From a virus (lineage: Duplodnaviria; Heunggongvirae; Uroviricota; Caudoviricetes): a stretch of 34,474 bases of DNA. The DNA is taken from the IMG/VR virus record IMGVR_UViG_3300000288_000150. One strand, written 5' to 3'. Under the pieces are notes generated by a model. The model made no database searches. It was not told the origin of the DNA and saw only the letters and a program-made list of their open reading frames with translations. A program made the position numbers and the translations under genes. This document shows positions 1-8,652 of this stretch, piece by piece; positions within the stretch are counted from its first letter, which is position 1; each line of letters starts with the position of its first letter.

Positions 1-981
1 TTATAACGTCACTCCGCCTTTTAGTGGATTCAGAGCGACGGCATTTTGCAGGTAGTCAGGCGCAAGGTGCGCATAGGCCATCGTCTGCTGAATGCTCGCA
101 TGTCCCAGAATCTGTTGCAGTGCGATTATATTGCCCCCGTTCATCATGAAATGGCTTGCGAATGTATGCCGCAGGATGTGGGTTGCCTGATTGGGTGGTA
201 TATCAGGTTTCACTCTGCGTAAAATCCCGCAAAATTTCTCATAATCAACTTTGAATAATTTGGCGCTTGCCTCCTCTTTAACTTTTTTCTCCAGTTCCTC
301 AGAAATCGGCACGGTTCGCTTTTTACCGTTTTTGGTTTTCAGGAAGGTAACCCTGCAATTTGTAATCTGTGCTGGTTTTAGCGTGGCAACTTCCGTCCAT
401 CTTCCTCCAGTGCTCAGACATAAAAGCGCGACAAGTAAGTCATCACCAGCCAAAACATTTAACAGTTTTTCGATTTCTGCTTTTTCCAGGAACGTCATTT
501 CAGGGTTGGCCTCCGCCAGTGGCGGCAGTCCGTGAATTGGGTGTTGCCCGGAAAATTCATCCAATTGAATTAATTTTGTGAACATGCCGGATAATCGGTA
601 CATGTCACGGTTTATCGTTGCGGCACTGATACCATCACGTAGTCGTATGGAACGATAATCCATCAAAGCCCTTTTGCTCATCCGGCTCACTGGTATATCA
701 CCTATGCCGCTGATGGTTTTGAGTAGATGATTAAACTCTTTTGTTCCATGCTCGTGGTTTTGCCCGTGATATTTCCACCAGATGTCCAGCAACTCACTCA
801 AAGTTCGGCGGTCTGCTCGCTGGCCTCCCCATTCTTTCTGACTGGCATTGGCGATTGTGTATCGCTCAAATGCTAGTGCTTCAGCTTTTCTTTCGAATTT
901 CCTGCGGATGCGTTTTCCGTCGCGACCGCGAGGTCTAATGTCCACTTCATAGCGACCATCATCGAGCTTCTTAATTGCCAT
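1..981 (-). CDS. int: Tyrosine recombinase / phage integrase (P2 Int-like)
   Basis: ORF 1..1011 minus; likely start at the internal Met (MAIKKLDDGRYEVDIRP...), 326 aa. C-terminal HxLRHT...Y-type catalytic region (ATHILRHTFASH...MAYAHL). First gene of the prophage next to C and cox. Confidence 0.9.
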   Translation of the reverse strand: MAIKKLDDGRYEVDIRPRGRDGKRIRRKFERKAEALAFERYTIANASQKEWGGQRADRRTLSELLDIWWKYHGQNHEHGTKEFNHLLKTISGIGDIPVSRMSKRALMDYRSIRLRDGISAATINRDMYRLSGMFTKLIQLDEFSGQHPIHGLPPLAEANPEMTFLEKAEIEKLLNVLAGDDLLVALLCLSTGGRWTEVATLKPAQITNCRVTFLKTKNGKKRTVPISEELEKKVKEEASAKLFKVDYEKFCGILRRVKPDIPPNQATHILRHTFASHFMMNGGNIIALQQILGHASIQQTMAYAHLAPDYLQNAVALNPLKGGVTL

Positions 982-1050
982 AAGAAAGCCCTCCGGCGCT
1001 GTATTCACCATCTTGGTAGCAAATGGTGAAAATGTAATCTTTATATAGAG

Positions 1051-1344
1051 TTAGCCAATCCTTTTCGCGGAGTGGTTGGACTCTGTTGACTCTGGCCCAA
1101 TGTGCGCGAGAGCCGGTGCGATTTGTCCTGCGTCCGGCGCGGTTTTATCTGTCATAAGCCATAGAGCATATTTTTGGAATGTGGGATGCATAGTGATTTT
1201 TAGCAAAGCTGTGCCACCGGGTTCAAAGTTTCCTCCTTCATATTTTTTAAGTGTGCTTAGCGGTAACTCTATGATTTCACAGAATTTTGATTGGCTTAGC
1301 CCTTCAGCCTCACGCAAGGCCTTAATCTTTTCGCTTAATTTCAT
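1051..1344 (-). CDS. C: Immunity repressor C (short HTH repressor, P2 C-like but divergent N-terminal half)
   Basis: 97-aa ORF divergent from cox; C-terminal ...QIAPALAH... resembles P2 C as I recall it; position between int and cox. Confidence 0.75.
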   Translation of the reverse strand: MKLSEKIKALREAEGLSQSKFCEIIELPLSTLKKYEGGNFEPGGTALLKITMHPTFQKYALWLMTDKTAPDAGQIAPALAHIGPESTESNHSAKRIG

Positions 1345-1465
1345 TTGACATGGTGCCTATATAGGGACTAAATTCCCTCAAAACTGGAACCTATATAGGT
1401 TCCATTGATTTGAGAATAAACCAGCGTCTAAACGGTTTTGAGTGGTTTAGAAAGGGCTGGATCCT
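1345..1465. promoter_or_regulatory. Lysis-lysogeny switch region with face-to-face Pc/Pe promoters and candidate operators
   Basis: Intergenic region between divergent C and cox. Two copies of CCTATATAGG (~1356-1365 and ~1390-1399); the second sits in a perfect 18-bp palindrome GGAACCTATATAGGTTCC. TATATA cores could double as -10 elements. Confidence 0.5.
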
Positions 1466-1753
1466 ATGAGGGTACCATATATGGACGCTGAAAATTATGT
1501 GATTCAGTATCCGCTTGATGCGGTTCATGTGGATAAATTTGCTGATTTATTAGGGAAGCCAAAGACAGCCGTCAGTGAAATGGTGAAGGCAAATAAATTA
1601 CCAATTATTGAATTGCGTGATCCTTGCAAACTGAAGGCTCGTGCCGGTGAAAAATGGGTTTTCATTCCTGAGTTTAATCGCGCTGTACGTGAGGCGTTTT
1701 ATAACCGACCGGTTGAACAGCGTGATGCATGGCTTTTGTGGATGGGGTTGTGA
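1466..1753 (+). CDS. cox: Cox-like excisionase / early transcriptional repressor
   Basis: ~91-95 aa ORF divergent from C; alternative start at 1481 has the better RBS (GAGGG). Position and size match P2 Cox. Confidence 0.7.
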   Translation: MRVPYMDAENYVIQYPLDAVHVDKFADLLGKPKTAVSEMVKANKLPIIELRDPCKLKARAGEKWVFIPEFNRAVREAFYNRPVEQRDAWLLWMGL

Positions 1754-1755
1754 TT

Positions 1756-1926
1756 ATGAATGAGCCGCGTTGTATTGCTCAGTTACTGCGTAACGAAAGC
1801 CCCAGGGCGATTGACTTCACCATCACCCACGGGAAGGGGCGCAAGGGAATCATTATCCGCACCAAAAAACAGAGTCCGTTAAAGAAGGCTCTGACCTTTC
1901 TGAAAAGCCGGAGGGTATGGAAATGA
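1756..1926 (+). CDS. Small early hypothetical protein (P2 orf78-like position)
   Basis: ATG at 1756 inside ORF 1729..1926; stop overlaps the B start region (ATGA). Confidence 0.4.
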   Translation: MNEPRCIAQLLRNESPRAIDFTITHGKGRKGIIIRTKKQSPLKKALTFLKSRRVWK

Positions 1927-2423
1927 CAGTGATGACGCTCAATCTCGTTGAAAAACAGCCAGCAGCTATGCGCCGGATAATTGGTAAGCATCTTGCCGTC
2001 CCTCGCTGGCAGGATACATGTGATTATTATAATCAGATGATGGAGCGCGAACGGTTAACGGTTTGCTTTCATGCGCAGTTAAAACAGCGTCACGCAACGA
2101 TGCGTTTTGAAGAAATGAACGACGTCGAACGTGAACGGCTGGTTTGTGCAATTGATGAATTGCGTGGGGCATTCTCAAAACGCCGTCAGGTTGGCGCAAG
2201 TGAGTATGCATATATTAGTTTTTTAACAGTCAGTCAGCGTCGTACTTTATTTATGCATGCCGGATTGACTGAAAAAGAATTCAACCAGCCATACTGGCGA
2301 ATTAATGAAGAATCATGTTACTGGCGTGATGCTTTATTCCGTGCATTACGTGAATTATTCAGCCTGTTTGAGTATGCACCGACAATTCTGACGTCGGTAA
2401 AACCAGAGCAATATCTGCATTAA
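1923..2423 (+). CDS. B: Replication protein B (helicase-loader-like, P2 gpB)
   Basis: 166 aa from the second ATG of ORF 1917..2423, with a GGAGGG RBS ~7 nt upstream; size and position match P2 B. Confidence 0.8.
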   Translation: MTVMTLNLVEKQPAAMRRIIGKHLAVPRWQDTCDYYNQMMERERLTVCFHAQLKQRHATMRFEEMNDVERERLVCAIDELRGAFSKRRQVGASEYAYISFLTVSQRRTLFMHAGLTEKEFNQPYWRINEESCYWRDALFRALRELFSLFEYAPTILTSVKPEQYLH

Positions 2424-2486
2424 ATAATTAACCAGAGTTTTTAACGCACTTAATCGTGCGGGGCTTCTTTTTGCCTGGAGAAAGTC

Positions 2487-2711
2487 ATGCATACAGTTTC
2501 TGAAAATCAGTGCGGTATATACGCATTACTGCTGCAACAGGCCAGAACCGAAGCACAGGCCGACGCTGCGACGCGCTTTTCTTCTCATCTTGACGCCATG
2601 ATTCGCCACATCACAAAGGCGGAGTTATCCCGCGTGGAGATAGTCGAGCTGCTCAGTCAGGTGTCGGAAAAATTTCACAATATCGGATTGTCTCGCGGGG
2701 AGGTACTTTGA
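2487..2711 (+). CDS. Small early protein (P2 orf80-like)
   Basis: 74-aa ORF with RBS GGAGAAAG; part of the B-to-A block of small overlapping ORFs. Confidence 0.5.
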   Translation: MHTVSENQCGIYALLLQQARTEAQADAATRFSSHLDAMIRHITKAELSRVEIVELLSQVSEKFHNIGLSRGEVL

Positions 2712-3010
2712 TGTCCTGTTCTCATTCAGTTGTATTACTGAATAACGCCTTAAAAATCGCCGTTATGGAAAATGGTGATTTGTCTCTTATTCAACTTTGT
2801 CTTGATAAAGAAAAACGCGACATAACTGAATCTGTTATCGCGATTTATCAGAATGAATTAAACCTCCTGTCTGATGTGGTCAATTTACTTGTTAAACGCG
2901 CTGTGTTCCACAAGCAAATTTCCTCAGTGGATGAACTGACAAAATTAACGACAGAACTCGCCAGTTATTGCGCTGATGTATCCAGGAAACTTAACGATAA
3001 AAGGAGCTGA
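2708..3010 (+). CDS. Small early protein (P2 orf81-like)
   Basis: 100-aa ORF overlapping the upstream stop by 4 nt; RBS GGAGG. Confidence 0.5.
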   Translation: MMSCSHSVVLLNNALKIAVMENGDLSLIQLCLDKEKRDITESVIAIYQNELNLLSDVVNLLVKRAVFHKQISSVDELTKLTTELASYCADVSRKLNDKRS

Positions 3011-3012
3011 TA

Positions 3013-3237
3013 ATGCCGGACAACGTAGATTTTATTCAGGAACAACAGGCTGAATTACTGGAGCGCCAGATTAACGCGGCAAGGGTAAAACATTGCTGTG
3101 CTTCTGCGCTGGTTTGCGAAGAGTGTGATACGCCAATACCTGCTGCCCGTCGTGCGGCTTATCCGTCAGCCACGCGTTGTGTTTCCTGCCAGTCAGTCTT
3201 TGAAGCAAAAAACAAGCATTACCGGAGAATGGCATGA
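3013..3237 (+). CDS. TraR/DksA-family C4 zinc-finger protein (P2 orf82-like)
   Basis: 74 aa with CxxC...CxxC (CEECDT...CVSCQ), typical of the TraR/DksA zinc-finger family; RBS AAGGAG. Confidence 0.6.
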   Translation: MPDNVDFIQEQQAELLERQINAARVKHCCASALVCEECDTPIPAARRAAYPSATRCVSCQSVFEAKNKHYRRMA

Positions 3238-3509
3238 GTATTCGTATTGAAATTGGCGAACGTTATGTCGTTACCAGTGACAGCTTTCAGTTTATTCTCC
3301 ACGAGAAAAAGAGAGCTGAAAGCGGTAAAAACGCCGGTCAGGAATGGCTGGCGGTGGTTGGTTATTACCCGAAATTAAGCCAGCTCGTTTCCGGCCTGAT
3401 GCATCACGATATTCTGACCGGAAGCGCAAAGTCTTTTGCTGATTTAAACGCGCAGGTTGAGCAACTCAGCAGGCGTTGTTCAGAGGCTTTTGGCTCATAT
3501 GGCCGTTAA
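3234..3509 (+). CDS. Small early protein (P2 orf83-like)
   Basis: 91-aa ORF, ATGA overlap with the upstream gene, overlaps the start of A. Confidence 0.5.
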   Translation: MSIRIEIGERYVVTSDSFQFILHEKKRAESGKNAGQEWLAVVGYYPKLSQLVSGLMHHDILTGSAKSFADLNAQVEQLSRRCSEAFGSYGR

Positions 3510-5784
3510 AGCCTCCGGGCGTTTTGTCCCTCCGTCAGCATTTGCCGCAGGCACCGGTAAGACGTTTACCGGTGCTTATGCATGGAACGCGCCACGCGAG
3601 GCCGTCGGGCGCGAAAGACCCCTTACACGTGACGAGATGCGTCAGGTGCAAGGTGTTTTATCCACGATTAACCGCCTGCCTTACTTTTTGCGCTCGCTGT
3701 TTACTTCACGCTATGACTACATCCGGCGCAATAAAAGCCCGGTGCACGGGTTTTATTTCCTCACATCCACTTTTCAGCGTCGTTTATGGCCGCGCATTGA
3801 GCGCGTTAATCAGCGCCATGAAATGAACACCGACGCGTCGTTGCTGTTTCTGGCAGAGCGTGACCACTATGCGCGCCTGCCTGGAATGAATGACAAGGAA
3901 CTGAAAAAGTTTGCCACCCGTATCTCATCGCAGCTTTTCATAATGTATGAGGAACTCTGCGATGCCTGGGTGGATGCGCATGGCGAGAAAGAATCACTGT
4001 TTACGGATGAGGCTCAGGATCACCTGTATGGTCATGTTGCTGGCGCTGCACGAGCTTTCAATATTTCCCCTCTCTACTGGAAAAAATACCGTAAAGGACA
4101 GATGACCACGAGGCAGGCTTATTCTGCCATTGCCCGTCTGTTTAACGATGAGTGGTGGACTCATCAGCTTAAAGGCCAGCGTATGCGCTGGCATGAGGCG
4201 TTACTGATTGCTGTCGGGGAGGTCAATAAAGACCGTTCTCCTTATGCCAGTAAACATGCCATTCGTGATGTGCGTGCGCGCCGCCAGGCAAATCTGGAGT
4301 TTCTTAAATCATGTGACCTTGAAAACAGGGAAACCGGCGAGCGCATCGACCTTATCAGTAAGGTGATGGGCAGTATTTCTAATCCTGAAATTCGCCGGAT
4401 GGAGCTGATGAACACCATTGCCGGTATTGAGCGTTACGCCGCCGCAGAGGGTGATGTGGGGATGTTTATCACGCTGACCACGCCGTCAAAGTATCACCCG
4501 ACACGTCAGGTCGGAAAAGGAGAAAGTAAAACCGTCCAGCTTAATCACGGCTGGAACGATGAGGCATTTAATCCGAAGGATGCGCAGCGTTATCTCTGCC
4601 GTATCTGGAGCCTGATGCGCACGGCATTCAAGGATAATGATTTACAGGTCTACGGTTTGCGTGTCGTCGAGCCACACCACGACGGAACGCCGCACTGGCA
4701 TATGATGCTTTTTTGTAATCCACGCCAGCGTAACCAGATTATTGAAATCATGCGTCGCTACGCGCTCAAAGAGGATGGAGACGAAAGAGGAGCCGCGCGA
4801 AACCGTTTTCAGGCAAAACATCTTAACCGGGGCGGTGCTGCGGGGTATATCGCGAAATACATCTCAAAAAACATCGACGGCTATGCACTGGATGGTCAGC
4901 TCGATAACGATACCGGCAGGCCGCTGAAAGATACTGCTGCGGCTGTTACCGCATGGGCGTCAACGTGGCGCATCCCGCAATTTAAAACGGTTGGCCTGCC
5001 GACAATGGGGGCTTACCGTGAACTACGCAAATTGCCTCGTGGCGTCAGCATTGCTGATGAGTTTGACGAACGCGTTGAGGCTGCACGTGCCGCCGCAGAC
5101 AGTGGTGATTTTGCGTTGTATATCAGCGCGCAGGGTGGGGCAAATGTTCCGCGTGATTGCCAGACTGTCAGAGTCGCCCGTAGCCCGTCGGATGACGTTA
5201 ACGAGTACGAGGAAGAAGTCGAGAGAGTGGTCGGCATTTACGCGCCGCATCTCGGCGCGCGTCATATTCATATCACCAGAACGACGGACTGGCGCATTGT
5301 GCCGAAAGTTCCGGTCGTTGAGCCTTTGACTTTAAAAAGCGGCATCGCCGCGCCTCGGAGTCCTGTCAATAACTGTGGAAAGCTCACCGGTGGTGATACT
5401 TCGTTACCGGCTCCCACACCTTCTGAGCACGCCGCAGCAGTGCTTAATCTGGTTGATGACGGTGTTATCGAATGGAATGACCCGGAGGTCGTGAGGGCGC
5501 TCAGGGGCGCATTAAAACACGGTCGGAGAACGCCAAACCGTCAGCAAAGAAACGGAAGCCCGTTAAAACCATATGAAATGGCACCATCGGCCAGACTGAC
5601 CCGGTCGGAACGAATGCAAATTACCCGTATCCGTGTTGACCTTGCTCAAAAGGGTATCAGGCCGCAGCGATGGGAACTTGAGGCGCTGGCGCGTGGAGCA
5701 ACCGTAAATTATGACGGGAAAAAATTCACGTATCCGGTTGCTGATGAGTGGCCGGGATTCTCAACAGTAATGGAGTGGAAATGA
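3499..5784 (+). CDS. A: Replication initiation protein A (rolling-circle nicking endonuclease, P2 gpA)
   Basis: 761 aa from the internal ATG (MAVKASGRF...) of ORF 3457..5784; contains the HxH-type motif (EPHHDGTPHWHMM) and tyrosine-rich region (GYIAKYISK) of rolling-circle initiators. Confidence 0.9.
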   Translation: MAVKASGRFVPPSAFAAGTGKTFTGAYAWNAPREAVGRERPLTRDEMRQVQGVLSTINRLPYFLRSLFTSRYDYIRRNKSPVHGFYFLTSTFQRRLWPRIERVNQRHEMNTDASLLFLAERDHYARLPGMNDKELKKFATRISSQLFIMYEELCDAWVDAHGEKESLFTDEAQDHLYGHVAGAARAFNISPLYWKKYRKGQMTTRQAYSAIARLFNDEWWTHQLKGQRMRWHEALLIAVGEVNKDRSPYASKHAIRDVRARRQANLEFLKSCDLENRETGERIDLISKVMGSISNPEIRRMELMNTIAGIERYAAAEGDVGMFITLTTPSKYHPTRQVGKGESKTVQLNHGWNDEAFNPKDAQRYLCRIWSLMRTAFKDNDLQVYGLRVVEPHHDGTPHWHMMLFCNPRQRNQIIEIMRRYALKEDGDERGAARNRFQAKHLNRGGAAGYIAKYISKNIDGYALDGQLDNDTGRPLKDTAAAVTAWASTWRIPQFKTVGLPTMGAYRELRKLPRGVSIADEFDERVEAARAAADSGDFALYISAQGGANVPRDCQTVRVARSPSDDVNEYEEEVERVVGIYAPHLGARHIHITRTTDWRIVPKVPVVEPLTLKSGIAAPRSPVNNCGKLTGGDTSLPAPTPSEHAAAVLNLVDDGVIEWNDPEVVRALRGALKHGRRTPNRQQRNGSPLKPYEMAPSARLTRSERMQITRIRVDLAQKGIRPQRWELEALARGATVNYDGKKFTYPVADEWPGFSTVMEWK

Positions 5785-6233
5785 TGGCAAAAATTCACGA
5801 GGTAAAGCTGCACGCAAAATATTTCGACCTTGTGCTGGAAGGAAAGAAACGTGCAGAGTTTCGGAAAAATGACCGTAATTATGAGCGCGGGGACACGCTG
5901 ATTTTGCATGAATGGGTACAGGGTGTGTTTACGGGGCGAAAGGTTGAAGCCCGGATAACAGATGTTACTGACCTGTCAGACTGGCTGGAAGATTATGTCT
6001 TGCTAAGTATTGAGCTGCTTAATACAGGCGCATATGAGATTGTGAACTGGAAAGAACTTAGTGAGCGTGGTCTGGTATTCAGAATTAATCATGAAATTAT
6101 GCATCAGCTCGGTCTTGCTGTTATGTATGAGTCAGTGACAGGCCTGTCTGGCGGAGCAGTGGTTGCTGCGGATGGGATGTGGAGCTATTCAGATGAACAG
6201 GTGGAGTGTGCAAAGCAAAAAGGGTGGTTTTGA
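5781..6233 (+). CDS. ASCH-domain (PUA-like fold) protein
   Basis: 150 aa from the ATG at 5781 (GGAG RBS; overlaps the A stop). N-terminal EVKLHAKYFDLVLEGKKRAEFRKNDRNYERGDTLIL resembles the ASCH beta-barrel motif. Domain call from memory, not searched. Confidence 0.5.
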   Translation: MMAKIHEVKLHAKYFDLVLEGKKRAEFRKNDRNYERGDTLILHEWVQGVFTGRKVEARITDVTDLSDWLEDYVLLSIELLNTGAYEIVNWKELSERGLVFRINHEIMHQLGLAVMYESVTGLSGGAVVAADGMWSYSDEQVECAKQKGWF

Positions 6234-6235
6234 AA

Positions 6236-6469
6236 ATGCACAGAATACCAGGCGAGATACCTCAGCATAAAACTAAAAATATCAAGCTGATGGCCATTGT
6301 TCACCGTCTACAGCAGATTATGGTCAACGAAAATCTGACGCCTGATGAGCTGGTCGGGTGTGCCGAAATGGTCCGGGATAATTACAGACGGTTTAACGAT
6401 ATCAGTAGACAGAAAATTGAGGTATTTCGACCAGCAAACATGCCTAAGAAACTACCGCATAGGATGTAG
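6236..6469 (+). CDS. Hypothetical small protein
   Basis: 77 aa from the ATG at 6236 inside ORF 6206..6469; no recognisable motif. Confidence 0.35.
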   Translation: MHRIPGEIPQHKTKNIKLMAIVHRLQQIMVNENLTPDELVGCAEMVRDNYRRFNDISRQKIEVFRPANMPKKLPHRM

Positions 6470-6475
6470 TATACT

Positions 6476-6508
6476 CGCCATTTCTGAAACTTGTTTTCAG
6501 AGATGGCG
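6476..6508 (+). terminator. Strong hairpin (14-bp stem, one mismatch) after the early/replication operon; possible terminator or regulatory structure
   Basis: CGCCATTTCTGAAA...TTTCAGAGATGGCG inverted repeat a few nt after the stop of the 6236..6469 ORF; no clear T-tract follows. Confidence 0.35.
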
Positions 6509-6684
6509 GGGTTGAACAATGAGCGTAGCGACGTGTTAGCTTTGATTCCTGCTGTGTTTACAATTAAACCTATTGAAAATTAATGAGAACTCAATTTCAT
6601 CTTTCTCTCGTTAAAGATGGCCACAACTACTAAAACATGAGAATATCAAAACTTGGCGAAATCTAGCTTTTCCCAAGGGGTGGT

Positions 6685-6720
6685 TTCGCTATAATACGCG
6701 GTCGGTTTTTAGGAGGGGCG
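6685..6720 (+). promoter_or_regulatory. Putative promoter -10 (TATAAT ~6690-6695) and strong Shine-Dalgarno (AGGAGG ~6708-6713) for the methyltransferase
   Basis: Consensus TATAAT hexamer and AGGAGG 7 nt before the ATG at 6721, in a ~250-bp AT-rich intergenic region; -35 not convincing. Confidence 0.35.
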
Positions 6721-7659
6721 ATGCCAACTGTAGTTTCACTTTTTTCTGGATGTGGTGGTTCTGATGCGGGAGTTTTGAGAGCAGGGTTCAATGTGCTGAT
6801 GGCAAACGATATTTTGCCTTATGCAAGGGACGTTTACTTAGAAAACCATCCTGAAACTGATTACATATTGGGCGATATTTCAGGACTCCAATCGTTCCCT
6901 TCTGCCGAATTGCTTATCGGATGCTATCCTTGCCAGGGATTTAGCCAGGGTGGAGCAAGGAAGGCAGATAGAAAGATTAATACTCTATATTTAGAGTTTG
7001 CTCGTGCTTTGAGAAAGATTAAGCCAAAAGCATTCATTGTAGAGAATGTTTCTGGAATGGTAAGGCGTAACTTTGAACATTTGTTAAAGGATCAATTCAA
7101 AGTTTTCGAAGAAGCAGGTTATACAGTAAGCTCGCAAATTCTGAATGCGTCCCACTATGGCGTATCACAAGATAGGAAGAGAATCTTTATCGTAGGAATA
7201 CGAAAAGACTATGGTATTACATACAAATTTCCAAAACCAACACATGGTGATGGCTTGAAACCATATTCAACAATTCGTGATGCTATTGGTCATATGCCTG
7301 TTTGGCCTATTGGTGAGTTTTATGATGCCGATTTTCATTGGTATTATCTATCGCGCAACCGTCGGCAAGATTGGGATCAGATATCTAAAACAATTGTTGC
7401 AAATCCTAGACATATGCCTCTACATCCAATAAGTCCAACATTAGAAAAATTGGGTCCAGATAAGTGGCAATTTACTTCGGATGCACCAGCTCGTAGGTTT
7501 AGTTATCGAGAGGCCGCTATTTTACAGGGTTTTGGAGACCTAATTTTTCCAGAAACTGAACGGGCTTCTATTAATATGAAGTATACAGTAGTTGGCAATG
7601 CTGTTCCGCCTCCTTTATTTGAGGCGGTTGCTAAATCTCTTCCAGATATTTGGGATTAG
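6721..7659 (+). CDS. DNA (cytosine-5)-methyltransferase, small M.HaeIII-like architecture
   Basis: Motif I FSGCGG, motif IV GCYPCQGFS, motif VI FIVENVSGM, motif VIII QDRKRIF, motif X TVVGNAVPPPL, with a variable target-recognition region between VIII and IX. 312 aa. Confidence 0.9.
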   Translation: MPTVVSLFSGCGGSDAGVLRAGFNVLMANDILPYARDVYLENHPETDYILGDISGLQSFPSAELLIGCYPCQGFSQGGARKADRKINTLYLEFARALRKIKPKAFIVENVSGMVRRNFEHLLKDQFKVFEEAGYTVSSQILNASHYGVSQDRKRIFIVGIRKDYGITYKFPKPTHGDGLKPYSTIRDAIGHMPVWPIGEFYDADFHWYYLSRNRRQDWDQISKTIVANPRHMPLHPISPTLEKLGPDKWQFTSDAPARRFSYREAAILQGFGDLIFPETERASINMKYTVVGNAVPPPLFEAVAKSLPDIWD

Positions 7660-8652
7660 TTATTCGACCTTAAGATCATTGATAATTTGTTCGAAATCAA
7701 GAAACCATTGTTCTGAAACTATTTTAGGGCAATGGTTTGTCTTTTTTAAAAGCTGTAATATCCTTGCTCTGTCAATGATCAATACTCCAGCGCAAGGGCT
7801 ATTGTCTACCCATTGACCATCTGAGTTTCGATAGAATACGGGGGTAAACATTAGAGTTGGTATGTCAAAATGCACTTGAAAATATGTTCGTAGTTTCAAT
7901 GAGTGGGCTTCAAGTGTTTTTTTGGGCCAATCTCTTTCTTGGGCTCCACATTGACCTAAAAAGGCAAAGTTACTACTTAATTTATCTTCAAATTCTATAG
8001 TTGCAACTATATCAAAACCACCATCACCTCTCGGATCAGCTCTTTCGCACTCTTGCTCATTAATATAAGGAACAGCTAAGTCTTTTCCTAGCCTTTTCAA
8101 GGCTTTTCTTAAATCAGTACCATAATATTTTCGCCTGTCATCTGAGTTTGCGTCAAATACTCGTACAGTTGAGTGTGCTGGGAGTAGTGCTGTTGCACAA
8201 AATTTACTTACGACAGCAAAATTTTTTGCCCAAAACTGTATTATTCCTTGCCTAGCCTTTGTGAAAGAACGTAACCTCGAGCATGCGAGTAAGAAAATAT
8301 ATATTCTTTGTATCTCAGTGAGGTTTTCTTTCAATGAAATAAAGTCACCATTAATAATAAATGGATAAATATCCTTGAGAAAATTTTGTCTAAAATCGAG
8401 TTGCGTCCAGACATCTTCAACTTGTCTTTCTAAACGGTCATTGCGTTCAGCATCGCAGCCTTCATTTTCATCTTCTTGATATTCTTGATCAATATCATCC
8501 ACACTTGTGTTACTTTGAGTTCTTATTGTTATGAGGTCATTTTTATGTAGATCATAACGACCAGAATAATTTATAACCGTAGCAAGTTCTGCAAGGTCTG
8601 CAAAAAGATGAGGAACACTAGGATGAATGTCTCCGATTTTAAAAATCTTCAT
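7660..8652 (-). CDS. Uncharacterised cargo protein; candidate restriction endonuclease or nuclease effector (possible PD-(D/E)xK-like motif)
   Basis: ORF 7660..8700 minus; preferred start is the ATG at 8652 (MKIFKIGD...), overlapping the upstream gene's stop by ~14 nt. Stop codon directly abuts the MTase stop (7657-7659 / 7660-7662). Segment ...GDGGFDIVATIEFEDK... could be a D...E-x-K catalytic motif. AT-rich. Confidence 0.55.
   Translation of the reverse strand: MKIFKIGDIHPSVPHLFADLAELATVINYSGRYDLHKNDLITIRTQSNTSVDDIDQEYQEDENEGCDAERNDRLERQVEDVWTQLDFRQNFLKDIYPFIINGDFISLKENLTEIQRIYIFLLACSRLRSFTKARQGIIQFWAKNFAVVSKFCATALLPAHSTVRVFDANSDDRRKYYGTDLRKALKRLGKDLAVPYINEQECERADPRGDGGFDIVATIEFEDKLSSNFAFLGQCGAQERDWPKKTLEAHSLKLRTYFQVHFDIPTLMFTPVFYRNSDGQWVDNSPCAGVLIIDRARILQLLKKTNHCPKIVSEQWFLDFEQIINDLKVE

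Noticed and set aside
3457-3498. Upstream extension of gene A to the first in-frame start
   Set aside because: The extension overlaps the preceding small ORF; the internal ATG at 3499 gives 761 aa, matching P2 gpA as recalled.
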